Assembly: GCF_902148845.1 (NCBI RefSeq)
Contig: NC_043762.1
Span: 28,907,760 to 28,962,759 of the forward strand
DNA: 55,000 nucleotides
DNA from: Salarias fasciatus
Taxonomy: Eukaryota
Direction: 5' to 3'
Shown here: in pieces, positions 1 to 14,976 of the stretch
How the letters are laid out: each line of letters starts with the position of its first letter
Numbering within the stretch: the stretch's first letter is position 1
Position numbers and translations under genes: made by a program
Notes under the pieces: generated by a model
Databases searched by the model: none
What the model saw: only the letters and a program-made list of their open reading frames with translations
Told to the model about the DNA's origin: nothing

Positions 1-2179
1 AGATGTTCTGGAAGCGGTTTAGAGCAAAGCGAGGCTGTCAAACATGACCTGCAGTGGAAATCAGCCCGACAGAGAATCCCAGCTGACACGCAGGATAAAA
101 AGAAAGAAAAAACACCGGGAGGATTGTTCCACATTCACAATTACATTTTTCATCCACCGTTGTGTTTTCATGTCTCCTGAACATGATAACAGGAAACCTG
201 AAGACTCCTTTCCACGAGGCCTTCACCAGCCTCTGGATATGCGCTGCGCTTTTCTTACATTTCTATGAAGACATCAAACAAAATATCAATGAGACACAGA
301 CTCTCCGTTTGGCCGCGGCTGCTGGCGCTCTGCGTCCGGATGATTTATCGTTAGTGATAGGCTCATGGAACGAGGCGCAATGTAAACCTCAGCGGTCGAC
401 CAGGAGTTTCAGCTCGAACTCGAGGCGCATCTCGCAGCAGATGCTTTCAAACAAACACTGCGCTGCGCAGAACACGAGGAGAGCTGCTCTGGGGTCTGGG
501 ATCGTCTCTTCAGGCCTGGTTTTGGTCAGTATGACCAAATGGTGAAATATTCACTACGACACCTGAAGGAGGTATCACAGGGAACACATAGGAATGTTTT
601 GAGAAAGACGCCTGTCCACTAATGGATGTTGTTTTTTCTCTATATAATGATGATTAATGATGTGAGTGAGGTTCGTATATCTGCAGCCTGCAGGCAGTTT
701 CAGTGTGTAATTCAGCGTTTTCCACTTCATTCTGCCTGATGAAGACCTCAAAAACAGAAGTAATGGACGCGTTTGCTGCTCGGTCGAGCTATCTGTGCAG
801 GAATGAGTGTAATAAAAGAAGCTGTACATGCACGGAGCTCACGGCTGCCAGGAGATAACTACAGCTTTCTCCAAAGGACGGCCAAATCTTCGGAGTCGTG
901 TTGCAAATGCATGCAGGGGAAGGAACGAGACGCAGAGGACGGCAGGAACACAAAAACAGGCGCAACAGGCTATTTTTAAAAATCAATTACTGGTGTGTTT
1001 ACTGACACTTTTTCCAAACTGAAGTCTTAACTTCACAATGTGTCTTCAGGCCGAAACAATAGAGAATGACTGAAAAGCGACGTCTCTGCCCTGCAGCCCC
1101 GTATAGAAACGCTGCGGTATAGACTCTCCTCGGGGAGCAGACGAAACCATGTATGCTTACTTTACGGCTTGTGAGAGGCGTCATTAATCTTGACAGATCG
1201 CTCTAATGTAACGGCATTATTTGCTGTGCTTCTCCGTTGGCGGCTCCCTGCAATAATATTTGAACTATACGGCCACTACTCTCTGAATGTTGATCCTGCC
1301 GCTCGCTCTCGGCCCAACTCAAACCCGTACGTCATGCTGCCGCTGGCTGCGGCCGCACGCTCTGCGAGAAATGTCCCTCTAATTTGAATCAAGTCCTCAT
1401 TTTCTAATAATTGCGGGACAATTCCTCTTTGTTGTGGAGTTTACTTGGCGGTCTCCTTTCTGGGATATTGCTTATCCGTGCTGCATGGAATCAATCCCCG
1501 TTCTCTGGCTGCCGTAGCCTCGCCTCCCGCTGAAGACCTCACCAGAAATAAACTAATAAAGCTGCCCTGAGTGTCTTCATCTTCAAACGTCACTCAGCCA
1601 CCGAAAACAAAAGAGCTTTGTCGCGTTGCATCCAGGGCTATTTTAGCATGCCAAGGAACATCTTGCTCATAAACCTGCATAACCTGCCGTGTTGAGCGTG
1701 GCATTATCAGCGATGCTGGCGTTTCCCGCCGCGGCTCGCCGTTCCTTCATGTTGCAACATCAATCTGGCTTCAATAGAGACGAAAGCGGCTCTATAAATA
1801 CACCCAGCAGCACCTGCCAACCCACACAAATGGAAAATCCTATCTGGCAGCTACCTGGTGATCATACTTGGCGGAGCTGGCGGACAGCGCTGCAGCGGCT
1901 GGCACTGCTGCATCACGGCCGGCGGGGCCTGGGTTCGAGACCAAATAGGGGCCTTTCTATTCACTTGTTCACCGACTTCCTGCCATCATCTCAGGATCTG
2001 TATGCTCGATTAAAGGGTTACGCCAAACAGTCAGCAGGTGTGCATCATCGTATTTATCTGCACCGACTTGCCGCCACCTAAAGTCAGCTGGACGACTCAA
2101 CACAGAAAAGACTAGTCAGCGAATAAATTGAAGCTTTTACCAGCAACAGAAGAAGATATCTACCACAGGAGCAAGAGGC

Positions 2180-2182
<3 letters not shown>

Positions 2183-2217
<35 letters not shown>
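2183..2217 (+). repeat. (GA)n microsatellite
   Basis: agagagagag run. Confidence 0.95.
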
Positions 2218-2219
<2 letters not shown>

Positions 2220-5200
2220 AGTTTCCCCATCATGAAGTGGATTTATGCTCCTGCTGCAAAAACCGATCAGATCAGCTCCTGCTCAAAAATGACTCCATTC
2301 AAGTTTCCTTTAAATTTAAATGAAAAGAATGAATTCATACACTGCGTGCCTTCCACTGTGAGAACATAGTTCTTGAACAGATGATGCATTTATTTGAAAT
2401 GAATATAGAGATTAATATTTGATGCATAAACCTCTTTTTCTGGAGCTTTTTTTTTTTTTTTTCATTTTGCAAATATGTGACTGAAAATGTAATGAATGAA
2501 TGATTTGGACTGAATAGAGCGTAATTTAAATAGTTATATTTCCATACTTTGATATGCATACTACATTTAAATCCTGGGGGATAAATCCTCTGCAATGACT
2601 TTACTTTTTTGCGTACAAGGATAAATACTAAAAACCACATTAAAGTATTACATTTTAAAAAATGTGGAGATGTTTAGAGGCCCATACTAAAATGCCAAAC
2701 AGCGAATCTCATGTATGAAAAGAAGGTTTAGCTGCTTCTGGATATGAGCATGCACACACACACACACACACTCGCTGCCTCCCACTCATGTACGGCCAGA
2801 ACAACGTCAAGCGAGAACCTGGGGTTCATATTCCTCATTTACAGACGCTCTGTGATCAGACTAATTACCTGGACTTTGCTAAGAAGCAAAGTTCTGGGAG
2901 TCCAAACAGTTTCCCAGTTTAAACCTGATTTAAAAAGACATCAGCCTGAACTCGGGACGCGCCAGAAACCAATGTCGAAAGCGCTCGCTCTGATGCCTGC
3001 AGTGGGTTATATTACCCAGCTGTGTCACCCCTGGGTGTTGCAAAAGAGCCGTCGGCTCAGGCCAATGATAACATTTCTGAACCAAACCAAAATGAGCTGC
3101 GCTTGTAGGGCAATCACTGTTAATGTCCGTGAAAGGCATGCGGGGACCGGAGCGGAGCGCCGAGGAAAACAAGCGACGGGCCGACCGTTCGGGCGGCTCG
3201 CTGTGAATACAGAAACAGCTGTCAGAAAGCAGAGCTGAGAGCAGCTCGGGATCGGATGTGACAAACTCAGACTCCGGGCTGTTTTCTTTCTCTTTCAAAG
3301 ACATGGCAACAAATATTTATCTACGAGAGAGCAAATTATTTTCCTGCCTGACACTAATCCGTCCCAGATGAGCCCGGTCGCTCCGTGACTTTGAACCCCT
3401 CATCAAATATATTAGATCATCCTGTTCCGAATAACGTAAACACCAATATTAGAGTAATCCAGTGTTAACTGACTTCTACAAGGCCACCAGAGGGAATTAA
3501 CGAGCTGTTTCCATCTAAATATTGCTTGAATTAGAAATGAATATATTATTTGTTGAGAATCAGCAAACATTTGGTTCAATTCAAAAAAACAAACTGTGGG
3601 TGTAGCACGATTTCTAACATCGCCGTGTACTTTGTCGTGCTGTGTTCCCCATTTTCTGCTTTCTCTGTGTTTGTGCATTGTTTTTTAATTATTTTGAGAA
3701 TGGGGCTGTTGTGTAGTTCCCAAAGCGGGACCCTGGAGGGAGGCGCTGGAGACCACGGGGGGCCTGAGGTTTTGCCTGCTCCGAATTTGTCAAAGAAAAT
3801 CATAATAAGATTTGCACAGAGCCGTCAAACTGCTCAGTTCTCCTGTATGTTTGAGGGAGTCTGCATGTCTGCCAGAGTTCGGCTTCACTGGAGTATTCAG
3901 GCAAATTGCAGATTACAGAAGATGTTCGCACCCTTTCGTTTAATCAGTTTCTGCCTCCTGCACGTTATGCCAGGACTTGTCCAACTGAGATTAAAAAAAA
4001 AACTGTGCAACAAAAACCACACAAAACCTCAACAAGGTCCAATGGTTCCTCTATTGAACACACAATAATCATCAAATACAAGAAGCTGCAGGAAAACAGG
4101 ACCGACATTTATCTGTGCCTCATCAGAGCTGCAGAAATCTCCAAACGGCAAACAGAGGAGAGTCAGAGCTGAAGCAGGAGACATCTGGACGTCCACCGGC
4201 AGGAGGACACGGTGTGAATCGGGCCAAACAAAGAACCCACAATTGAGGTAAACCAAGAGGCCGGAGTCTGCACTATAATCTCAGGCCTGGTGAGATTCTG
4301 GGCTGCAGCTATGAAACGCATGACTAAAGACATCTGAAAGGAAATCATCAGGCAGATGGTTAATGCACACACCGGGGACAAAGCAACAGGTAGTCATTTC
4401 AAAAAAGGTGAAATAAAAAGGTCCACAGGGTTTTCTGGGATGCCGTTTGTGCACATCTAGGTTGAGTTTATGGAACAATCTAACCAGCGTCGTGCGACGG
4501 CACGCCATGGAGTGCAACACGACAAGCTGACCGAATCCTGCGGACCGTCTGACTGACCGTGGAGCAGAGTTAGGAGGGCTGCTCCGAGTCCTTCCACCTC
4601 CAGGATGAACTACCTGAACTCAGGACGGTTTGCGAAGATGTGGAAGCAGAAAAATGATGCTCAGCATGCGGGCACTAATTCAAAACTGTCAAAGTCGCTC
4701 TGGGTGACGACTTAAAATGCTGAGAGCCAACAGAGCTTATGTTGCATGATCTGAAATGTTCATATTTTTGGCAGCCTGGACGAACCTGAAGTTTTCATTA
4801 CTTTTTGAATAACAGTTAATAACACCAAGGCTTCACTGTAATAGAACAGTGGGATATATTTGCATATGGCATGCTTTAACTTCTCCGCCTTTTATAAAAG
4901 TCTGCAGTGTATCAGTGCAGCAGTGTGGGACTGGCTGCTCTCTGAACTCCTGCTTAAATATTTAAATCTCCCGTTCTCCGAAGGCCAGCTGAGGCCTGAC
5001 CATACTCTTTACCCCGAGGGCTCATCAGGAGGCCGGTCCAGCCCCGCTGTAACCCAATCACACATCTTAAATCTGGTGTTTACATTTTCAAAAGTCAGCG
5101 AAAGGAAAACAATCCAGTAAAACTGAAATGCTTTTGTTATTTTCTTCCCCTGGTGTGAAACTGAGGCGAACATACAGTCCATCTGCCAGGCCAAACAAAT

Positions 5201-6039
5201 ATTCTAGGTCGAAACAAATCCTGGCTTACTGCTGCTTCCCACTCGCAGTGCCATGCTCCATCTGAACACTTGAGCAAACAATCCGAGCATCTGCTCAAAC
5301 AATTGCTGAGTCGCTGGTATTGATCAAGAACTCCATCAACCCCTCAGACGCACATTAAAGTCATTTGGCACTTTGCAAAGCAGCACAAATCTCATCTGCG
5401 GCCCAGTTATCGGCCATGTATATAAGATTAGGTGAGGTAAGTAATCAAATTACCTCTGAGTTGACCCTGGTTGCGCACACCTCTGTGGGATGGGAAATCG
5501 GACTGAGGCCTGAGAATATAAACCATTATTCCCCAGCACAGGCTCAGTGTCAGAGATACCACCAGACTAATGATTAAAACAAGCCTCCTCATCTGCTGGA
5601 CTCTCAGAAAGCCAGATTTCCACCCCCTGCACGGCACTGCTCATTCCAGCAGCATTACATAAATCAGCAGAGGAGTGGAAAGGAAGAGTCCCATAAGTGA
5701 TGAGGGAGAAACTTATCACAAGAAACCATTAAGGCATGAGCTCAGCGCACACAGCAGCCCGGCCATCAATTCTCAAACCGTTGTGGCAATACTGCAACAG
5801 GTTATTGTGCAAGTCAAGATTTAGTGGTAAATACAAACCTCACTGCAGTTTGTCTCATTGATCTCAAGGCTCGAGGACTCTGTGATCCACCAACATGGTT
5901 CACGTCTCTCAGATCATTCATGTTCAGAGTTGGAGGAAAACAAGTCATTCAGTGACTTCATGAAGAGTTTAGTCCAGACGTTTAAAGCCAAACACCCAAC
6001 CTGAGCGGGAGCAGAGCGTCCTGAGAGCGGCTCTTCTTA

Positions 6040-6300
6040 CCGTGGCTCCGCGTCCATCACCGGCTGCTCGGACGCGTCCCTCGCGCTGCTGCACGCGGGT
6101 CGTACTTCCCAGCGGTCACTGCAGCGCGCTCCGCTCGCGAGCTGCGTCTGCTCTGCTGCTGCTGCCGCTGCGCACGCACTCACGCACGCAGAAACGAACG
6201 CTCCCCCCCTTCATCCCATCCCATCCCACATCCCACTGCACCCCCCGCAGACGCTGCTCCTGCGCGCGCTTCCTGTTTCACCAGAGCGACGAGAGGAGAC
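6040..6300 (-). promoter_or_regulatory. GC/CpG-rich block with a candidate first exon of an unidentified minus-strand gene (ATGGACGCGGAGCCACG followed by donor GTAAGA; ATG around 6057)
   Basis: CpG-dense, GC-rich stretch. On the minus strand it reads ...GCCGGTGATGGACGCGGAGCCACG|gtaaga. The rest of the gene (lower coordinates) is not recognised. Confidence 0.2.
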
Positions 6301-9059
6301 AACATGACAACAGACTCAGCTCAAATAGTGTTTGTTTGTCTTTGTCTTGAAATGAAACTACACAATGCTTCTATGGAGCCTTTCCGTGTTGAGTTTGCAT
6401 GTTCTCCCTGTGCACGTCTTGGAAGCGCTTGGTGTTAATTGGTGGTTTTAAGTTTCTATGAATGTGGGCACGTGTTAAAAAAACAACAACATATATTTAA
6501 AGTACAGTATGTTTTCATATTCCTGGCAGTGCAGTGGGCTGCGTATCGTCTCCAGCGGGGAGATGTGTGGAAAAAAGGAGTAAAAAAAAAGAGAGTCTGA
6601 CTTTTTCTCCTCTAGTTTTCTTATGATAGAGAGATTTGATGTTCCAGTTTGATTGGGAAACTTTTTGTCTCAGTTCCAGCGAGCACTTTCACACACAATC
6701 CATCTGAAATAAATCACACCAGTAGCGTGTTTTCCGTGACTTTAACACAGATCAGCATTAAAACCATCCTCTGCACGGCTGTCCCACTTTTCCTCTTACT
6801 GAGGACCATCATGTCAGGTTCAGTGATCCAGTCCACACTTTTATAAAATCACAACTCTCATTTTGTCATTCTGAAGTTCATAATTGCTCACAGAACACAT
6901 ATTAAAATGATTTGTCAACTTATCTTTAATTTTAGTTTAATTTTGTTGTTTTATTATCATCAGCTGAAATATCTGTGTATCGACTGGACTGCTGGTTTGT
7001 GGCTGGATGCATCGGTATCGATCATCTGAGAAGCCACGATGGAGTGAGGCCACGCGGTGAAGCTCGTCTGGGCCTCCTGTGATCATCAGCACCTGCTGCT
7101 CTTTCACCAAAACAAGTCATCAAACTTGAAAAAGCTCCAGATGTGAGCAGAAATAAAGTGACGCTACAGAAACGCATGTGCCAGAGCAACATATAACAGA
7201 GTGTTTTATGGCTCCTTCTCACACACGGTTTACCACTATTCATATGCAGTGACTGACAGTGACTTCATATTAAGCCTCTCTTCACTTTATAATATTTATA
7301 TTTCCAGTGGTTTCCCCTATAATTTTGTGTGCAGCATGTCTGAGGCGCTCGGTACCGACCGCACACTGACCATACTCTGGTTTACGGCCTCAACAGTTTC
7401 CTACGGCGTCTCGGCCTTCGTCACTTCTATAATTTAAAGTGGGGTGAAGACTAATGACATGCTCAGCTCTCCGTCACTGCCAGTGCCAGAGCAGGAGGTG
7501 AAAACTTCCCTCCGCTGCTTCCATTTCTGCACCACTCACATCGAGTCTCGAACACTTTGTATGATAGCTTGTCAAACGCTTCGTCCGTCCTCACTCTGCC
7601 AGTGCAGACAGGAATACACAAAGGAGGACAACAAGGACAACAACCTTTCATCTGTGTATATGATGACACAGCAAAAACTGCAAGTTACATTTGTGATTCC
7701 CGAGATGATGCACGGCTCTGTAAACAAGTCCTCGGGGACGGCGCTCCAAACAAAACCAGATGGGCAACAAACAATTCACAAAAGAACACATTCTCCAGGA
7801 GAAACTGCAACATGGGGGTTTCATCTGCTGAAAGCATACAGAAAACAGCTGGTACTGGTCTCCTCGAGGCACTGTCGTCCCTGTCCACTGTTCTTTAGAA
7901 AGCTAAGTGGCAGAATGAGAATATAAGTCATGAGTCGCACGAAGCGCGAAGCCTCAATGACACACACATCCTTCAGTATTTTGCAGCTCATTGACCTTTC
8001 GCTTAATGACATGCTGATGGCACAATTTGGAGACTAAAATAAGTACAACAGCTCCGGAGACTTTTTCATGTAAATACTTATTTTGTTGATATGTTATTTA
8101 AAAAAAAAAAAAAAATTGCAAATACATGGCAAGGTTCAATTGTCAGGAGTCCAGACAAAAAAAAACATAAAACTTTTTTCAATTCTGTGACAGATGTGGT
8201 GTAATACTTCTGTTTTGAAAGTGAAATAATGTAATGATTTAATTAAATGGATTACTCGGTTCAATTTCATTTGTATGACACCTTTTGATTAAGTGTGTCT
8301 GAGTTTTTATTGTGATTTCCTGAAAGATTTATCATTGGAGCCACTATAGACACCTTGCAAGTCTTTCTTGGGATTAAATAGTTGAGCAAAAACAAAGAAT
8401 AACAGTTTATATAAGAAAAGCAGACTGTTTAAATTGAAAAGAAATAACCTAAAACATCTTGTGTTCTGTTCCAGGGTCCAACTTGTTTCACTTGTGCCTT
8501 GAGCCTGTTGAGCAATGTTTCACAGATCCATAGCATCTTTCTCAACCTGTTGATGAATGCAGATTGTTGTTTTTGCTGTCAGCATGCAAACATTGTATGG
8601 CAACATCGCCACCTCCTGGTTGATTCATAAAGGATCATAAAAAAATAAAAGGATTCACAAAAGGACCGCTTGTGTAACTGCAAAACTACACAAGAACAGA
8701 AAAATAGCAACCAAAAACAGTTTCATAATCTAAACTAGTAATAATAACAGTCACCCGTTCAAACACACAGCTCGTCCACAAAGCTGCAAAAGATTGTTTT
8801 GCAAGGTTTTATTCCCATCTAAAAATTATATAATCAGTGCAGAAGCGTTCTGTCTTGGCTTTCAAAAATCAGTTATACATAATCAGGAAAGAGTCGCAGC
8901 ATCAAGAAGCTGCCGGCCTCTTCGCTAAATGTTCAGAGAGAAAGAAAATACTCCTCAAAGGCGATCAATTATATTTCTTGGCATTCAGATTTTCAAAGAC
9001 AACAGCTGTGTGTGTTTTCGGTACCAAGTCACACCGGTGAGAATCAGGGGGTCTCGTGT

Positions 9060-9279
9060 GAGTGTTCTCCCACAAACCCCGCCCCTTTGGAAAGCTCTCT
9101 GCTACAAAACCAGCGCTCCTGGAGGAGACTGCGCCATCGCCCGTTACGTTAGCTCAGAAGCTAAAAGAAAGCTAGCTCGCGGCTCAGGGGGGCAAATCGC
9201 TCGTGCTCTAAAAGGACGACCTAAGTAACTATTTGACCGATTTTATCCAAACCAAGCCATTTTGCTCGTAAAGGTCGTG
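9060..9279 (+). other. hnrnpc: Candidate non-coding 5' exon / TSS region of hnrnpc
   Basis: GC box CCCCGCCCC near 9077-9085. Exon-like segment ending ...AAAGGTCGTG|gtgagt around 9280, upstream of the first coding exon's acceptor at 12418. Confidence 0.3.
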
Positions 9280-12071
9280 GTGAGTATTTTGTTACCAGAC
9301 ATTTTTCATTTTTCCTTCCTTTTTCTTTTGTTTTTGGATTTTTTCTACGCCTTTTTTTTCCTCTATTTTGCGAGCGGACGTAATGTGCTGGCTAGCAGAG
9401 GTAGCTAGCTCATCCCCCCTTCAATAAAGCACACACGCTGGTTTAGAAACACGACGCTTTGGATGCATTCTAGCGACAGTTTTACATTTTTGCAAGTGTG
9501 CCTAGCTTGATTTTTTTGTAGTGTTTATTGTGAAGATTTTTCTTTGATGGGACTGAATTGTTTTTGGCTCGCCGGCCAGCTAATGTTAGCACTAGCTAAC
9601 AGCGTTGATGTGATAGCCGCAGCGTCATCCTCATCCCTGGTTGGTTGCAGAATATCGACTGCCAATTTATGAGAATTTTGCAGGCTTTGTTTTTCTTTTT
9701 GCGAGGAAAAGAGGGACTTGTCTGATTTTGGTGTATTTTTCATGCTTTTCAATGTGGTGGTTGGCTAACATTTCGCCATGCTAGCCGGCTTTGAGCTCCC
9801 GAGGCTGGCGCAGGGCCTGTATATCAAACTGAGGCCAGCAGGTGGCGCTGTCGGCGTGTGTTGTGGATGGTTTAGGTAATTTTTTTTCTTTCTTTTTTGT
9901 GATAATCCGTAGACTTCATTTTTCTGGCCTGGACAGTTGGTATTTTTTTCGTGGATTAGATTTTCTTCGTGATTTTTCTCGACCTCCAGTTATGCTTTTT
10001 TCTTTTTTTTTCCTCTGATTTTGGGATTTTGGAAGCTTTGGACTGTCTGCGGTTTCATGTTGCATAACGTTACTGAACACACTTCTGATTAAACGTTTCA
10101 CATGAAAGAGTATTATGACTGTTTATGTGAATCAGATCACCCCCTATGTATTCACTACTGGCCCACACACACGTGACACCCCACAACAATGGAGGGAAGA
10201 ATGATCCTAATTACTGTAAAACACAGTCAAGGGCAGCATTGCAAAATGTAACTTTTCAGTATTGTTTCCTCGTGCAACACGTCCTCACTCTGTAACTTCA
10301 TTATCTGATGAACTTCACATACATTTTTCTTTGTAGGATGACAGATTTTTATAAAGATGGAATTAGTCCTTCCCGCAGACCTGCCCCTAATTATTTTCCT
10401 TCACAGTGAAAGTGACACAATTCATCATTTAGTAAGCATTTAACATAAATTAAAACGGAGTCCAACAAAATGCAATCAAACACATTTCACTGGATTCCTT
10501 CGAGATTATTTATATAAGTATGTAAACCTCTCACACGTTTTGATTCGTGATACCCTTACCCCTGGTGTTGTTTGACAAATTCACTGCTCTGTCCCTGTTT
10601 TTTTTTTTAAAATGCTGATGGTTCAAATTTTGCGGATTTTTAAGGTTATTAGAAATACTTGCTTCATATCACTACACAACCAAATCCATTGTCGATAGGT
10701 TTTACTGCCCATTCTGTAAAGTAAAGGTAAAATGTTTTATTTAGACTGATTGCAGCACCACACACACAACACAGTGCCCCCTCTAAACTTATTTACTCAC
10801 TTTTTACTTACTTACTCTGCTCATGTAGGCATGAACAAATGGTCCCATGAACCAGTCTGCCATGAAAGGCATTTTAGTTTAAGAGCTTATAAATCAAATG
10901 TAAGACTGAAGATATGAGTCTTTGAAGGAAACTGCTAAAATGTTATTTCACACACACTGAACATGTGAACCGGTTGAGCAAACCCAGGCTAAATTCTTGT
11001 CAATGAGTACAAGGTTTCTGTCATTGTAGCCATTCTGTCACTGCGCACAGTTTATAATTAACGGCTCCACATTTCTTCCACATGCACAGAGGCCTAGTTG
11101 TAGTCTTGGAGATCCCCACGGCTCCTTGTTGTTTACTGGAGCTGTGTGGCGAATGTTTGCTGCACACATTCCCACCAGGTAAGACTTGGTACAAGATAAC
11201 CCTGCTCAGTTTGACTGAGGTGTGTTTTCTGTCACCTCAGTATAAATCGAGAGGGGCGAAGGTGAAGGTCGACACACCAGCCCAAACTGAACTGAGCCCA
11301 GCCCACAGTGTCAAACCTCAGACAGACGACTGCCCTGCACACAGACGCTATGGAGTGAGTGATGAATGTTAAACCCCATCAGACAGCCGGGGGGGTTCTG
11401 TCGATTCCACTGATGTTTTCATGTTTATTTCTCCTGTACAAAGTCGCACTGCAGGCTCTGGGCTTCACAGCGTGGAGGTTTCTTAGATCAGTGTTGCTGT
11501 GCTCCACAGCTATTTGCTGCTCTTCACCTGCAGCATCCTGTGAGACAAAGCCATCCACTCTTATATGCATTCAATAGATCTCATGAAGCAAAGAATCAAC
11601 AAACAAATCGTCTTTATTCAAAAAAACATGAAACGTGAGCCTGGGGAACCTCTGGTATGCACTGTTAGAACCCTCACTGAAACCTTTGTTTCACATGACT
11701 GTAACAGGAAGCTGTCACTTCACTGAATATGTTGGTTTTCTTTTCCTGAGGCTTCAGGTTTCTGTAAGATTAAACGTAATCTCACCTGGTTTGATGGTGA
11801 AAGAGCAGCACTGCATTCAGTTTGACACTTGGACTAATCTCTGCCCGCACCTTCAGATCGACTCCGGCTCTTAATGCTGGCTGACGGATGTTTGTTGAAG
11901 GAGTGGGGCCTTTCAGATAAAACATAACGATGTTGAGAAATGTTTTTAAGTGGCCCTTTATGTTCAGAGTTCAGCTTCAGAGAAAAATCGGACTCTTAAC
12001 TCACTCAAAAAACTCTGTGGGTTTAATGTTTGTATTTCACCGGGTTTTGAAATAAGATGATTGAGCATTAG

Positions 12072-12857
<786 letters not shown>

Positions 12858-13032
12858 GTCAGTCAGCTGCTGTTTCCACTGTCTGCAAACACGATAAGCT
12901 GCTGTGTGGCCGCTCAGGAATGCAACCAGGAAAAGAACAGCGAGGAGAAATCAGCTGGCACACAACAGAGCTGGAAAAACACTGTCATGCCGTCAGATTT
13001 TCTGACTTCGGTTCTTGTTTTTGGGTTTTTAG

Positions 13033-13086
13033 TAGCAGTTCCTCTTTCGACCTGGACTATGATTTCCAGAGAGATTATTACGACAG
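13033..13086 (+). CDS. hnrnpc: hnRNP C coding exon 3 (SSSSSFDLDYDFQRDYYD)
   Basis: Acceptor tttttag|, donor AG|gtgaga. 54 nt. SSFDLDYDFQRDYYDR matches hnRNP C exactly. Confidence 0.88.
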
Positions 13087-13168
13087 GTGAGAACTCATCC
13101 GTCCCCCGGCCCGTTCGCACCAGGACGGCGTCTCCTCAATGACCCGTCATTCTTAAATTAGGGGGTAG

Positions 13169-13444
<276 letters not shown>

Positions 13445-13806
13445 TGAACAGAAGTGATGTAGGGGTTTTTTTAACAAGCTCAGAACTCACCCATCTATAA
13501 AATGTTTAACGGAGCCGTAACGGCCAGAGGAATTCCTGCTGTCCACATAAAGTACCATCAGCTGGAGATAGTGTCTGTCTGGGTTTGGTCTGCGCTGTGT
13601 TCACACTTTAATCTGACCACACCAGAGTGTTTACAGCCGTACCGCGGCCTTGTTAAGATGATTGTTTCCTGCTCCAGGCTGCAGGTGAACAAAAAGCTCG
13701 TGAAGTGAGGCTGTCACTTTACAATACGATCCATAACGACCAGAGTTCTTCAAACTGGCATGAATGGACCCAGCGAGCGGTTGGGCTGGAGCCGGGTCCG
13801 TTCTGA

Positions 13807-13995
<189 letters not shown>

Positions 13996-14101
13996 TAATT
14001 TAAATGAAACTAAGCTCCACTGAAGCAAAAGTCTCTGCTGTTTAGCATTAATATGAAGTGCCATGATCTAACGGAACCGTGACGACTGTCGTTGTGGCCA
14101 G

Positions 14102-14268
14102 AAGTTAAGAGCTCGAAGACGGAGCCGGGAGAAGTGACCTCGCCTCCGCACTCCAGCAGCAAGAAGGACGACGGCCTGAAGAGGGACCGCGAGAACCAGG
14201 ACATGAACGACTCGGAGGAGGAGGAGGAGGAAGAGGAGGAGGAGGGAGACCTGCTGGAGGAGGAAGAG
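14102..14268 (+). CDS. hnrnpc: hnRNP C coding exon 6 ([56 protein letters not shown])
   Basis: Acceptor gtggccag|, donor GAG|gtgagc. 167 nt. Acidic region with GDLL(D/E) as in hnRNP C. Confidence 0.8.
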
Positions 14269-14391
14269 GTGAGCGCCGTCTGTCTTTCTGTAGTTTTTTC
14301 CTCCGGCCAGCAGAGGGCGCTGCTGAGCACTACAGAGCGATAACTCCAGGAACACAAACCCTTCAGATTTGGTGTATCTCTGCTCCTGCAG

Positions 14392-14502
14392 GTGAAGAGT
14401 CAGGAGAGGGGGGAGGGGGAGGAGGAGGAGGAAGAGGAGGAGGGCGAGCACGTGGAAGGAGACGACGACGCCGACAGTGTCAACGGCGACGAAGACTCGT
14501 AG
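14392..14502 (+). CDS. hnrnpc: hnRNP C terminal coding exon ([36 protein letters not shown] stop)
   Basis: Acceptor tgctcctgcag|. Ends ...SVNGDEDS then TAG at 14500-14502, compared with hnRNP C ...SANGEDDS stop. Confidence 0.85.
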   Translation: MKSQERGEGEEEEEEEEGEHVEGDDDADSVNGDEDS

Positions 14503-14592
14503 ACGCCGATCTCAGCAACGCATGCAGCTTTCTTGCAGCTTCCTGTTGGGACTTGGACTCTTGTTTAACACTCATGTTGTAGATAGAAACGT

Positions 14593-14594
<2 letters not shown>

Positions 14595-14627
<33 letters not shown>
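14595..14627 (+). repeat. (CA)n microsatellite in the hnrnpc 3' UTR
   Basis: acacacacac... run. Confidence 0.9.
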
Positions 14628-14630
<3 letters not shown>

Positions 14631-14960
14631 GCATGGTGCACACACACGCTGTCCTCACGTCCTTCCTGAATCTGCTCTACTTGGTTTCTCTCTGCCAGTG
14701 TCACAGTAACATGAATATCTAGCAGTGGGGGGGGGGGGGCCTTGTGTTTTTAGCGGTCTGCGAGACGAGGCAGGGACGTGGACTGTCGTTCTCAGAGACG
14801 ACGGCTCGACGGACGCGTCTCAACGCGAGGGCGGCGGCTCGGCTCCTCCAGACCATCGGTTTTAAGTTCAGTGCGTGTTTTTTCTCATCAGTGGGTTCGT
14901 TCGTCCGCGTGTGTCCGTTTTAATGTCAGTTTTTTATACACTTTCGTTCAACTGTAAAGG

Positions 14961-14976
14961 AATAAATTGCAATAAA
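14961..14976 (+). terminator. hnrnpc: Tandem AATAAA polyadenylation signals at the end of the hnrnpc 3' UTR
   Basis: ggaataaattgcaataaaatat about 460 nt after the stop codon. Confidence 0.6.

Noticed and set aside
1890-1960. tRNA-like motif (...ggcggggcctgggttcgagaccaaataggggcc, T-loop-like GGTTCGAGACC)
   Set aside because: No acceptor, D or anticodon stems can be drawn, so no full cloverleaf. Likely a decayed SINE or tRNA-related fragment.
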